64,000 nucleotides of DNA from the human T2T-CHM13v2.0 reference genome, Homo sapiens, in assembly GCF_009914755.1 (NCBI RefSeq), contig NC_060937.1. One strand, written 5' to 3'. The notes below the pieces were generated by a model, which did no database searches, had not been told where the DNA came from, and was given only the letters and a program-made list of their open reading frames with translations. The position numbers and the translations under genes are program-made. Within the stretch, counting starts at the first letter, position 1. Each line of letters opens with the position of its first letter. Below, piece by piece: positions 53,836-64,000 of the stretch.

Positions 53836-54739
53836 CCAGCTTGGCTTTGCCTGGAGGGAGCTCCTTCTGCAGGGGGTCAGTCTCTCCTGTCTGAGGCCGA
53901 TTTTTATTAACTTCACTTTCAGCAAATGACCCTTGTCAGTTGGACCTATATTCTCTTCCTTGCTGAGGGCTTAAAGCCCCCTCTGCATATCCCTAAACGT
54001 CTGCAGACAGCCACAAAATGAACAAACTGCATGGGATGTTGCATGGGAAAGCAGGGCAGACAATCCAGGGCTAGAGAAGGAGCTGGGAGACCCAGCAGCA
54101 AGGAGCTCGATGCCTTCTGGTCTTTCCCAGACCTCACTGATGACAGTGCCACCCATGGGTCTCTGCCGCACCATCTCTGAACTTCGATATTCAATATCAA
54201 TCATTCTAAACATCTCCTGAGTGGCCACGGTGGGATGGATAGTATTCTTAGTTCAGGGATTCCCAGTGGAGGGGGAGAACTGCATGTAAATTGATACTAA
54301 AGATGCACATAATTTAAAAGCAGCTTGAACAGATGTATAGGAATATTCCAGAAGGAGCTATCCCTTCTGCCCTAGGTAATCAGTGATATTTTCTCAAGGA
54401 AGTCATTTTAGAACTGGGCTTTAAGGCTTGTACAGGAGTTTGCAAGTCAGGTAAGGATTGAAAAGTCTTTCCAAGTAGAGAGAAAAACATGTGGAAAGAT
54501 TTGAAACCAGTGTGGATGTTTGAAGCATGGCAGGTACATAGAGACAGTAGCTGGAGGTAGCTAGTTTAATACACAGATTGGAGACAAAATTAGATAAAAA
54601 TATAAAACATATCTAAGGCTAAGTAAAAATTATTTTTAAGTAATCTGACATCGACTCAGTAAAACTGCCAAGAGACATGAAGAGTATAAAAAATATGAGA
54701 TTGAGTCTTTGTCCCAAATAGCAATAAGTAAAATGCATT

Positions 54740-54970
54740 CCATGACTCCTATTTGCCAGGAGCTCTTCTATTGCCTGGTACATATTAGCTCACTTAATCC
54801 TCATCAGAACTCTAAGGGGTGTGTATAAAAATAATAACAAGCCCTGATGAGCAGATAAGGAAACCGAGGTTCACAGAGGCTAAATAGTTTTCCAAGGTCA
54901 CATAGATGGTAGATGACCCAGGATCTGAACTGAAGCCTCTGGCTCCAGAATGAACATGATCCTTACCAGG
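54740..54970 (-). mobile_element. MIR SINE, near full length
   Basis: CTCACTTAATCCTCA...CAGATAAGGAAACCGAGGTTCACAGAGG...CCAAGGTCACATAG...GGATCTGAAC. Confidence 0.85.
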
Positions 54971-57348
54971 ACATTAGCACTGACACCACACCCAGATCCT
55001 CCAGGAGGACAAGACACACCACATCATAGATGCCCACTCAACCCCAGAGCAAGAGGACCAATGGTACCAGGGGTGGGGGAGGAAGGAGGGGAATATGGCA
55101 CCGAACCCCTCAAGCCCGTGCGGGCCATCTCATCCCCGATAGAATCACTGTGTCCTGTTAGTGCAGGTGCATTTTCCCAGAGTCACATGTGAGGTATAAC
55201 GCCATGAGAAGGTGGTTTACATAAACCACATCATGCTTTTCCTGTGGCAACGTGTGTGTCTGCGCATGTGGGTGTGTGGATTTGGGAGGTGTTGAGGTGT
55301 GTGTTCAGTTGGGACATAGCAGTAAAGAGTGATCCCAAAGAGGGTCCATAGGGGCCTTGGGGGTGGGGGGTGGGGGAGCATCCACAGTGCATGGTGGTTT
55401 CTCTGCCTGTTTTCCTGGTGGCTGAAAACACACATACACTCGGAATCGTGCCGTCTGATGGAACGTCCTGTGACGGTGGAAATATTCCTGTTCCATGTCC
55501 GTCCTGGTTAATACCACACCCACGGGCCCCGGGTGGGTCTTTAGTACTTCAAATGTGGCTACTCAAAATGAAGAAGGCATGTTTAATCGAGTGAAATTTT
55601 AATTCAGATTTCAGCGAAAATGATCACCTCAGGCTGCTGACTGCCACACTGTCTGCCTGACTCTAAAAGGATCCTGTGAGGATGGGACTGTGTTTCCCTC
55701 CCCTCTCTTCATCCAGCCCGAGGCTTTCAAGACATATTTATAATAAGTGAAGAAATCAAAGGACAAAGGCTAGAGCAACTGTAAGAAGTCCCGAAGCTGT
55801 CCCCTCACAACCATCCGTAAACACCCTGGAGGGAATCTTTCCCGTATTGAGAATTTACTTTCTAGAGAAAGAGACCGACTCAATGGCAAGGAATATTGTT
55901 GTTGCTTGTGGTAGCAGATGATGACCCTGTCCCTCACATGTGTCCCAAAGCCTTTCAGATCTATGCATATTTCCTATCTGTGCAGCCCCTGGGGGCCAAG
56001 AGGTCCTCCGGATGTTCACCAGCAGGAGAGATGGCATCCTGCACACGGTGTCTGCCCTGTGCTCAGAGTCTCCTGGTGGCCGGGATCTGCTGGCCAGGAC
56101 TGCAGCCACCCTGTTCTTGCCAGTTGGCTGCTTTCCATACACCTGCCTCCTCCCCTCCCACCTCTCCAGGACGAGGCCACATCTTTTGCTCAGAGAAAGG
56201 CCCCAAGCATCTCTGCCACCCTCGCCCTTTCAGCCACTCCATGCTTTTCTGATTTTATGACATCTGCTTAAGACGTGGCAGCCCAGCTGACATCTGTCAT
56301 TGTGGGTAGAACGTACACTGTCATTGTCATTGCTGTCATAAGAAAAAATATGGTATTGGTTATCCTTTGTGATAAGACCTCACCTCTGTGTAGGGTTGTT
56401 TTTGGCCACTATGCCCCAAGGGAGCTCAGGCAGCAGATACGTCCGGAGCAGCTCGGCCCTCCCTGCCTAGTGGGAGCGGCGGGAGATGGCGTGTGCCTCG
56501 CAGAGACGGAGTCGCAGGGTGGGCCGTCCGGTGCTTGACACGGAGAACGGCCATTGGAGCATCGTCATCACTGGAAGGGCTGGGCCGGCAGAGCCCCATG
56601 GTCCCGCCAGTCGTAGTTAAGCGACGATGGGGACAATATGTTCCCAGTGAAAACTGCCAGGCAGGCTGGGCAGATCCCATGTCGGGGATGCCTGGGTGAG
56701 AAGGCGGGCTTGGCGCACCCTCACATCAACCAGCCCGGCCCACGTGCCCACCGGCCGCCCTGACAAGAACACCTGGCCCACGGAGCGGGATAAACAGGCC
56801 CAGCTATGCTGACTCTCCTAGCACGCTGTCTGTGATGCGCCACCCTGCTTGCGTCCCCAGAAAGCTGGGTCTCCGCAGTGGGGTCTGGGGGGAGGAGAAG
56901 GGAGGTGGTACCTTCCCAGGGCATTTCCGGGGCCTCCTGCCTGCCCTGGGCTTGTCCCTGCTGCTGGCGTGGCCTAGGGCATCCCGGCCTCGCCTCACCT
57001 CCCCTCTTCCTGTGCTGGGTCCGGCCTCCCCCTCCCTCGCCACAGCCCCCCAAGCCTGCAGAGCTCTGCGAGTGACGGGGGCTCCGTCGGGCTGCTGTGA
57101 GGGCCCTTGTGCTCACAATGGCCTGGGTCTGGTGACTGGCAGCTACTTACCCGCAGCTCCCCACTGAGCTATTGGCTAGTGTGCTTGCTCTCTGCAATTT
57201 TAAGCTGTTCCTGGCCTGAATATTAATAGGTAAGGTCCAGTATGTGGAAAAAATAATGCCATTTAAACCCCTGAGCATTGAATCTGTATACAGTGAAATG
57301 ATTCTGAAGTCTCCACAGCAAGCTCTTAATTTAGGGTTAGCTGAGGCA

Positions 57349-57514
57349 TGAGGGTGCAGGTGGTGTTGTTCCCCGCGTCTCTGCCGTGAGGGTGAGGGTG
57401 AGGGTGAGGGCGGCGTTGTTCCCCACGTCTCTGGGGTGAGGGTGAGGGCGAGGGCGGCTTTGTTCCCCACGTCTCTGGGGTGAGGGTGAGGGTGGTGTTG
57501 TTCCCCGCGTCTCC
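57349..57514 (+). repeat. Composite repeat: TTGTTCCCCRCGTCTC anchor plus (TGAGGG)n
   Basis: Anchors at 57366, 57416, 57460 and 57498; periods 50, 44 and 38 bp. Confidence 0.92.
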
Positions 57515-57821
57515 AGGGCACATTCCTGTTTTCTTAATTTGGTGTATATTGGGCTGCACGTCCATGCAGAAGCTGGGAAAGGCCCTATCTCATTCAGAGA
57601 CAACCTGATCACTGTTCCGCCTTTTCTGTTTATGCTGGATACAGATACATTCAGGCTATTATGAGACTTTTTTTTCTTAAAGCTTGTCATGAGAGAGTGT
57701 CCACTGAAACACGGCATGAGTGTGAGAAATGTCTCCTAAATATAGGTATACATTGATTGTATTAAGTTCTTTAGAATGAAACAATATGTAGTTAATGCCA
57801 CGTAGCCCCTTCCATCATTTC

Positions 57822-57975
57822 TTTTCTTTTTATATTTTTAATTTAATTGTTGCTTTTGTGACATGGGATCTTGCTGTGCTGTCTAGGCTGGTCTCAAACT
57901 CCTGGGCTCAAATGATCCTCCTGCCTCAGCTTCCCACAGTGCTAGGATTACAAGCGTGAGCCACCGTGCCCAGTC
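57822..57975 (-). mobile_element. FLAM / Alu left monomer
   Basis: CTGGTCTCAAACTCCTGGGCTCAAATGATCCTCC...GTGAGCCACCGTGCCCAG; TSD-like CCTTCCATCATTTC / CCTTCCCATAATTTC. Confidence 0.88.
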
Positions 57976-58864
57976 CCTTCCCATAATTTCATTTTACTCT
58001 GCTCACTAATTTATTCACTCACACCATTAAAACTAATCTTGGGGATATTTTCTTGATATTATCTTTTTCTGACCTATAATTCAGTTGCTCATGTTGGCTC
58101 TTGACACTTATATAAATTAGAAATAAACTGGCAAGACTTGACTTTGTCAGTCCCTGACTCCCACCCACGGTAACGCGTTCTCAATGATGGAATTCAGGAA
58201 GGAGCAATCCAGGTGACTCCTTCCTGTGTCTACCTGGGAAGCCGCACTCCAGGCCAGGCGGACTGGCCATCCCGGAACTCACGAGCAAAGAAGTAAATAT
58301 GGTCATTTTCAGCAGGAGTAATTGCCAGAGAGAAAGCGAAACAGTAATGAGATGGCACTGTGGGAAGGACGATTTTGATGAGGGCAAGGAAAGGTCTTTC
58401 TGAGGAGATATTTGTGCTGCTGTATTAATTTCAAAGCCATCATACTATTGAGTCCCAGGAGCAGGTATTAATATATAATTTCTTTATAGTGGCAATTGTA
58501 GAAATGCACATAATTTGTTGGTATAGCATAAGTGCTATAGATATTTTCCAGTTATATAATAATTAGCAGCTTTGTAGAGTTTATAGAACTATAGAACTAG
58601 TCACAGATCTTACACACGTTATCATGCTTCCTCCTTCACTGACCCTGGGGAAGCGTTCACCCGACTGTTGTCCAGTCTGGGATCCTAGCACTAACCTGAG
58701 AACCTTTGTTCCTTGAGTCACGCCATCAACAGCACCAGTCAGTCCATCAGCAGAAATCAGCCCACCGATTTCAAGCTCTGGAGATGCAGAGGTGGACTAG
58801 AAGGGCCCCTCCCCTCACAGAGCTTCCAGTCCAGTCAGGAAGGCAGAAATCAAGTAAATGAACC

Positions 58865-59392
58865 CCCTGTCCACCCATTCATTTGCCCATCCACCTGTCT
58901 ATTCATCTGCCTGTTCACCTATCCATTCATCCACCCATCTACACATCCACTTGTCCACCCACCCATTTGTCCACCTGTTCATCCACCCACCCATCCACCT
59001 GTCCAGCCATCCCCCCATCCATTTTTTCCACCTGTCCACCCAGCCACCCACCCATCCACCTGTCCACCCGTCCACCTGTCCACTGGTCCACCCATTCATT
59101 TGTCCACCTGTCCACCCCCCCTCATGTCCACCTGTCCACTCACCCACCTGTCCACCTGTCCACTCATCCATTTGTCCACCTGTCTACCTGTCCACCCATC
59201 CATTTGTCCACTTGTCCACCCATCCACCCATCTATTTGTCCACCCATCCACCTGTTCACCCATCCACCCGTCCACCCATCCACCTGTCCTCTATCCACCC
59301 ATCCCCCGTCCACCCATCCACCTGTCCACCCATCCATTTGTCCACCCATCCACCCATCCATCAGTTCACTCATCCATTCATCCATCCATCTA
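58865..59392 (+). repeat. (CCAT/CCAC/CTGT)n tetramer-based low-complexity array
   Basis: TCCACCTGTCCACCCATCCA motifs grading into (CCAT)n. Confidence 0.93.
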
Positions 59393-59974
59393 TTTAGCAT
59401 ACAGATAGAGAGCTGAGAAGGAGGCATCCTGACTGAGGCTGTGTAAAGCAGGAGGACCACCCTGAGGGGGAGATAGGAAAGGCCTTCAGGAAAAAGGGAT
59501 GCTGGGTGTGAGCCAGACAGGAGAGCAAGAAAATTCCAGGAAGTGGGAACCCCTTTGGGAAGGCTTTTCACCTTTAAGAAACTAAAGGGCCAAGATGGTG
59601 AAACATAAAAAGGAGAAGAAAATGGCAGGACCTGGAGCTGGAGGCCACACCCCTCATCCCAAGTGCAGGCCCTGTGTGGCTGGCTCCCTGCTTCCCCTCC
59701 AACCACATCTCCTCTCACTGCCCTGACCTGGCTCAACATCCTCCAGGAGCCACGTGGGTGCCACCTTGGTTTTCACCTGCCATCTCCCCAGACACACATG
59801 GGCCCATTCCCTCACTCTCTGTCCTTGTCCAAACGCCACCTCTCAGGGGGGTCTCCACTCTGCGGTGCCCATCCCCTAGGCCTCCGGGTTCCCGTGTCCA
59901 GGTCCACCCTCCCACTACATGAGTCTTCCAACACGCCCTGCGGTTTTCTTATGCCTTGTTTGGTGTCTGACTTC

Positions 59975-60085
59975 CCTGAAAATGTCGTCTCTACAAGGCG
60001 GGGATGCTTCTCTGCTTTGTCCACCAATGTATCCCTGCTGGCTAGAACAGTCATGGTCTCCAGTAAATATTTGTTGACCTAATGC
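59975..60085 (+). mobile_element. L2 3' end
   Basis: TTTGTCCACCAATGTATCCC...CTAGAACAG...CAGTAAATATTTGTTGA. Confidence 0.65.
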
Positions 60086-60154
60086 AGTGGAGAACCACTG
60101 TAGGATTTTAGGCAGGAGAGGAACGTGGCAAAATTTGCATCATGACAAAGTTCA

Positions 60155-60290
60155 CCATCTGCAATGAGGTGGAGGCTTTGGGTCTGCAATGAGGTGGAGG
60201 CTTTGGGTCTGCAATGAGGTGGGCTTAGCTGACCATCTGCAATGAGGTGGGCTTAGGTGACCATCTGCAATGAGGTGGGCTTTGATGACC
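60155..60290 (+). repeat. Five-copy 25/28-bp repeat inside an antisense L2 fragment
   Basis: TCTGCAATGAGGTGG at 60158, 60183, 60208, 60236 and 60264. Confidence 0.9.
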
Positions 60291-60880
60291 AGGCAGGCCT
60301 GGAGGCTGCAGAGATAGAGGTGGCCATAGTGAAATTATCACTGTAAAAGGATTTCTCAGGCTTCCAGGCAAAAATAACTTGTGATAAATTAGGTGAACTC
60401 TGGGAAAGAAGGCCCAGAATCACAGCAGGAGGTCCCGGCCCCATTGGCTGGTGTGGACCAGCTTCCGAAAGTGCAGCTTTTCACAAGGAGAGGCCACGCA
60501 TTCAACATGGAGTCCCTCCTGGTGAAGCAAGCCCTGGAAAGCAGAAGCTGAGGACCATGAGTGTTACCGGAGCCCGCACTCACACAGTCTCCGGCTTCCA
60601 AGACCGGAGTCAGCAGAGGGGCCCATGCATCACCAGGAAAAACTGCTGGATGAGGAATGTGCCCAGAGCCTCTTCCTGGGAGGAGGCACGAAGTGTCCCC
60701 AAGGCTCTGCCACCTGCTCCCAGCATAAAGGGAAGGATAGGAAGCCTTGTTGAGGTGCTGGCAGAAGAGTCCACTTCTAGTTCTGGAAGACTTTCTTAGG
60801 ATGTGCTTTCTCTAAGAAGGCATCTTCTCCAGAAGCCAGGGAGGTTTTCTGGGACAGTTTCACATTAAAATCCCCTCCAG

Positions 60881-61027
60881 GAGTCATGGATGGGTAATTA
60901 GCCTGAATGCCATCATCATTTTGCCATGTATATGTGTTTCAAAACATCATGTCATACACAGTAAATATACACAACTTTAACTTCTTAAAAAATTAAAATC
61001 AAAAGAGAACTTAAAATTTAAAAAAAT
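60881..61027 (+). mobile_element. Very short 5'-truncated L1MA-type 3' end with TSD
   Basis: TAATTAGCCTGA...ATGTATATGTGTTTCAAAACATCATGT...AAATATACACAA and A-rich tail; flanks AAAATCCCCTCCAG / AAAATTCCCACCAG. Confidence 0.75.
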
Positions 61028-61456
61028 TAAAATTCCCACCAGCACAGCAGCTGCTGTCACCCCCATCTCTGGAAGCTGCAGGGCCAACGTTGGGAGCCGT
61101 CCTGAGGATGGGGATGCTCACACAGACCCCGGCTTCTGAGACCTGGGATCCATCACAAAAGATCTAAACTTGGGCACCTGTGTGATCGAGTCACTGGCAC
61201 AAGCCCGGTCTTGGGGGAAATTGTCCTGTGCTATAGGGAAAATAAGAAGGGACTTCTGAAAAGAGAAGGGCCTGTGATGTCTCACTGCTGCTAGAAACTT
61301 CTTAGACTTCCTACATGACTAAGGTCAGACAAATGTCCCCACAGACAATTATTGAGCTGCTTTGACTCAGCAGTTCTCCAAGATGGCCCACAAATCCCCC
61401 AGGGTCTTTGGGACCTTTTGAGGTGTCTGCAAGACCAAAACTGTTGGCGAATAAGT

Positions 61457-61630
61457 CAGGGCCATGTTCATGAGCCTGTGACCTGGGCAGACATCCAGGA
61501 TCCTGGCATAGAAGGTGCTATGCTTGTTTTAATGCTCAGCTGTTAGTCTTCAAATTCTTAATAATTTTTGAAGAAGAGCCCCCACATTTTCATTTTGCAC
61601 TGAGCCCTGGAAATTACGTAGCCAGTCCCG
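61457..61630 (+). mobile_element. MER91A-like (hAT-Tip100) MITE
   Basis: CAGGGCCATGTTCATG...AAATTCTTAATAATTTTTGAA...CATTTTCATTTTGCACTG...GTAGCCAGTCCCG. Confidence 0.75.
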
Positions 61631-61649
61631 ATGGTAGTATTGACTTAAA

Positions 61650-62235
61650 ACTTGGGAGGGTTCTAGGAGAGCCCTGTGATTCCTCCACCCTCACCCTGCT
61701 GTAGGCTTCCTGTAGAGTCCCTTCCCTTTGAGTCAGGGTTGGAATGATGAGCTATCACTCCTGTGATCATGTTAAGTGGCAAAACATTGCAAATGTAATC
61801 AAGGCCCCAGATCAGTTGGCTTTAAATTAATCGAGAGAGATGATTTGGTATGGGCCTAGCCTCATCGGGTGAGCCCTTTGAAAGCAGAGCTTTTCTTTGG
61901 ATTCTCTTGAAAGGAGAAGGTAAATAGCCATGGTGTGAGCCATCTACAGGGAGGGGCATCTCAGAGCTGGGAGCGGCCCCCAGCCCACAGCTCTCAAGAG
62001 GACAGGGTCCTCAGCCATCACCCCAATAAGCGGAGGTCTGCCAACTGTCCATGTGATCTTGGAAGCGCACCTGAGACCTGATGAGAATTACAGCCCCAAA
62101 TGACATTTCGATTGCAGCCGGGGGAGACCTGCCGAGGGTGTGGCTAAGCCTCGGCCACCCACACAGAAGCTCTGAGATGGCACCTGTGGGTTGTTTGTAG
62201 CCGCTACGTTTGTGGTAATTTGCTGTGCAGCAATG
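61650..62235 (+). mobile_element. MLT1E-type MaLR LTR
   Basis: TATCACTCCTGTGAT...TGTAATCAAGGCCCC...ATCAGTTGGCTTT...TTTGTGGTAATTTGCTGTGCAGCAAT. Confidence 0.8.
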
Positions 62236-62788
62236 TTACTTCAACAGGCACCCTCTCATCGAACTGACGTTCACACTGATGGCAGCTCAGCATCCGCCAA
62301 CGTGGTTGCGCCCAACCACACCAGGAGCCACGACATGGGTCCCTACCCCGCGCTTGCAGGAAAAAAGCCACTTTCACATAGGGTGTTCTGGATGAAGCAC
62401 TGAAAGCTTTTAACGTATTAGACCTTGGCCCTTGTGTATTTGTCTCTCCCACATCCCATGTGAAGATGGGGAGTGCAAGCTGTTGCAAACTGAGGGATGG
62501 AGGCACGTGTGATTGTTCCAGCTGGATCCTGCACTGTCCACTCTCCGTGAAATCCCATCTTTGTCTGAAAGAATGCTTAACGAACGCACACTACTTATTT
62601 TCTCCACAACATCACTTCAAAGAAAATAACTGACAGTATTTGTTGCCAATAATAAATTTCAGCCTTCAAGTGAAAATTAGAGTTTTGGAAAACATACCTG
62701 CCACGATGAGCTTGAAATGTTCTCGATCTAAAGACTTTTCTGATGAGATGTGTGGTATTAACAAATGTAATTTTCAAAATATTGTCTA

Positions 62789-62945
62789 GGCTGGATGCGG
62801 TGGCTTACACCCGTAATCCCAGTGCTTTGGGAGCCAGAGGCAGTAGGATCACTTGAGCCCAGGAGTTCAAGGCTGCAGTGAGCTATGATCACACAATTGT
62901 ACCAGTGTACCCTAGCCTCAGCGACAGAGAAAAATCCCATCTCTC
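62789..62945 (+). mobile_element. Alu monomer (FAM/FRAM-like) with (CT)/(TG) tail
   Basis: GGCTGGATGCGGTGGC...GGATCACTTGAGCCCAGGAGTTCAAGGCTGCAGTGAGCTATGAT. Confidence 0.87.
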
Positions 62946-63405
62946 TCTCGTGCACGCACTCTCTGTCTCTACATATATGTGTGAGTGTGTGTGTGTATAA
63001 AATTTACTGAACCAATATTTTTTAATGATAGTGTCCAAGTACAAAATCATGCATGCAAACAGACTGATGACTTGTGATGTAACAGAGTGAAAAAGGGAAC
63101 TGGTGTGGCTTTAGATTCCACAACTAATCTTATAGCACTACTATTTTTCAAGTTTTTTTGTAGCCACAAGGAATATCCATAATGATTGGAAAAGCCTATA
63201 AAAATACGCATTCCCTTTCCACACACATCTGCCAGAAGCTGGTTTTCTTCCTATACTTCCCCCAAAACAATGTTTTGCAAGAGATTGAAAGAAGCCATTA
63301 TCATAATTCAGCCAACTTCTATTAAGCCAGATATTAGAGATTTCTAAAAATGTGATGCCATGCTGCTCTTCTCACTCCTTTTCAAACAATACAGTTACTT
63401 CCACA

Positions 63406-63769
63406 CAGATGTTCACCAACTTCACAGTAGTTCCACTTAAGATTTTTCAACTTTAGGATGGTTTCAAGTGACACGCGCTCAGTAGAGACCATAGCAGGTG
63501 CACCCATAGGACCATTCTGCTTTTTTACTTGCAGCTCAGTATTCGACAAATTATTTGAACTATTCAACACTTTATTATAAAATAGACTTTGTGTGAGATG
63601 ATTTTGCCCAACTGGAGGCTAACATGGGTGTTCTGAGCACCTTTAAGGTAGGCTGAGCTAAGCCGTGATGTTCAGTAGTCTAGGTGTATTAAATGCATTT
63701 TCAGCTTATAATTTCAATTCACAATAGTTTTATTAGGACATAACCCCATGAAAAGTCAAGGGGCATCTG
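63406..63769 (-). mobile_element. MER47A (Tigger family) MITE
   Basis: CAGATG...CATCTG terminal inverted repeats with TA on the right; TTCAACACTTTATTATAAAATAG, GATGATTTTGCCCAACTG, TAGGTGTATTAAATGCATTTTC. Confidence 0.88.
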
Positions 63770-64000
63770 TAATGGGTTTATTATTTTTTTAATTAATTAA
63801 AAATGAATATTTAAAATTTTTCCTATTTTTAATTTCTACCCTGGTAAATATCAATAGATATATCCTGCAGGGGAAAAGCAAGCATTTTGTTTCTCAGTGA
63901 TTGTTAATAGTGTAAAAGGTTCTTCAGACAAAAAAGTTTGAGAACCACTGACCTCACCTGGCCTCACAGTGCACAGTGTTTTGGGTAGGTGGGGAGAGGA

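Larger units (their letters stand above)
61368..63950 (+). mobile_element. Charlie1a-like hAT DNA transposon fossil with nested insertions
   Basis: 5' CAGCAGTTCTCCAAG...CAAAACT; transposase remnant (AAAAAGCCACTTTCAC...GATGAAGCA, GACTTTTCTGATGAGAT); 3' AAAAAGTTTGAGAACCACTG. Confidence 0.8.

Noticed and set aside
58713-59416. Pro/His/Ser-rich ORFs
   Set aside because: Translation of the tetramer-based low-complexity repeat.

Overview
This window is human/primate non-coding genomic DNA, shown by AluJ/S/Y, L1M, L2, MIR, MLT1, MER51 and hAT/Tigger fossils. I found no credible protein-coding exon, RNA gene or CRISPR array; every long ORF in the track is a by-product of tandem repeats. The window is unusually rich in minisatellites (about 10 arrays), as is typical of distal or subtelomeric chromosome bands. 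It also has several AT-rich, repeat-free, homeodomain-motif-dense blocks that resemble developmental enhancers. Main observations: (1) VNTRs that grew inside transposon fossils (MER58A, MER5A1, L2), whose ends or target-site duplications are still readable; (2) a ~2.3 kb TG-derived array with ~30 fixed-spacing double E-boxes; (3) an unexplained ~600 bp insert splitting an old L1; (4) a stepwise 4-3-2 TGAGGG telomere-variant repeat; (5) deeply nested transposon stacks. I see no evidence for a new coding system. Repeat subfamily names come from recalled consensus sequences and need RepeatMasker/Dfam confirmation. The locus cannot be identified without an alignment.
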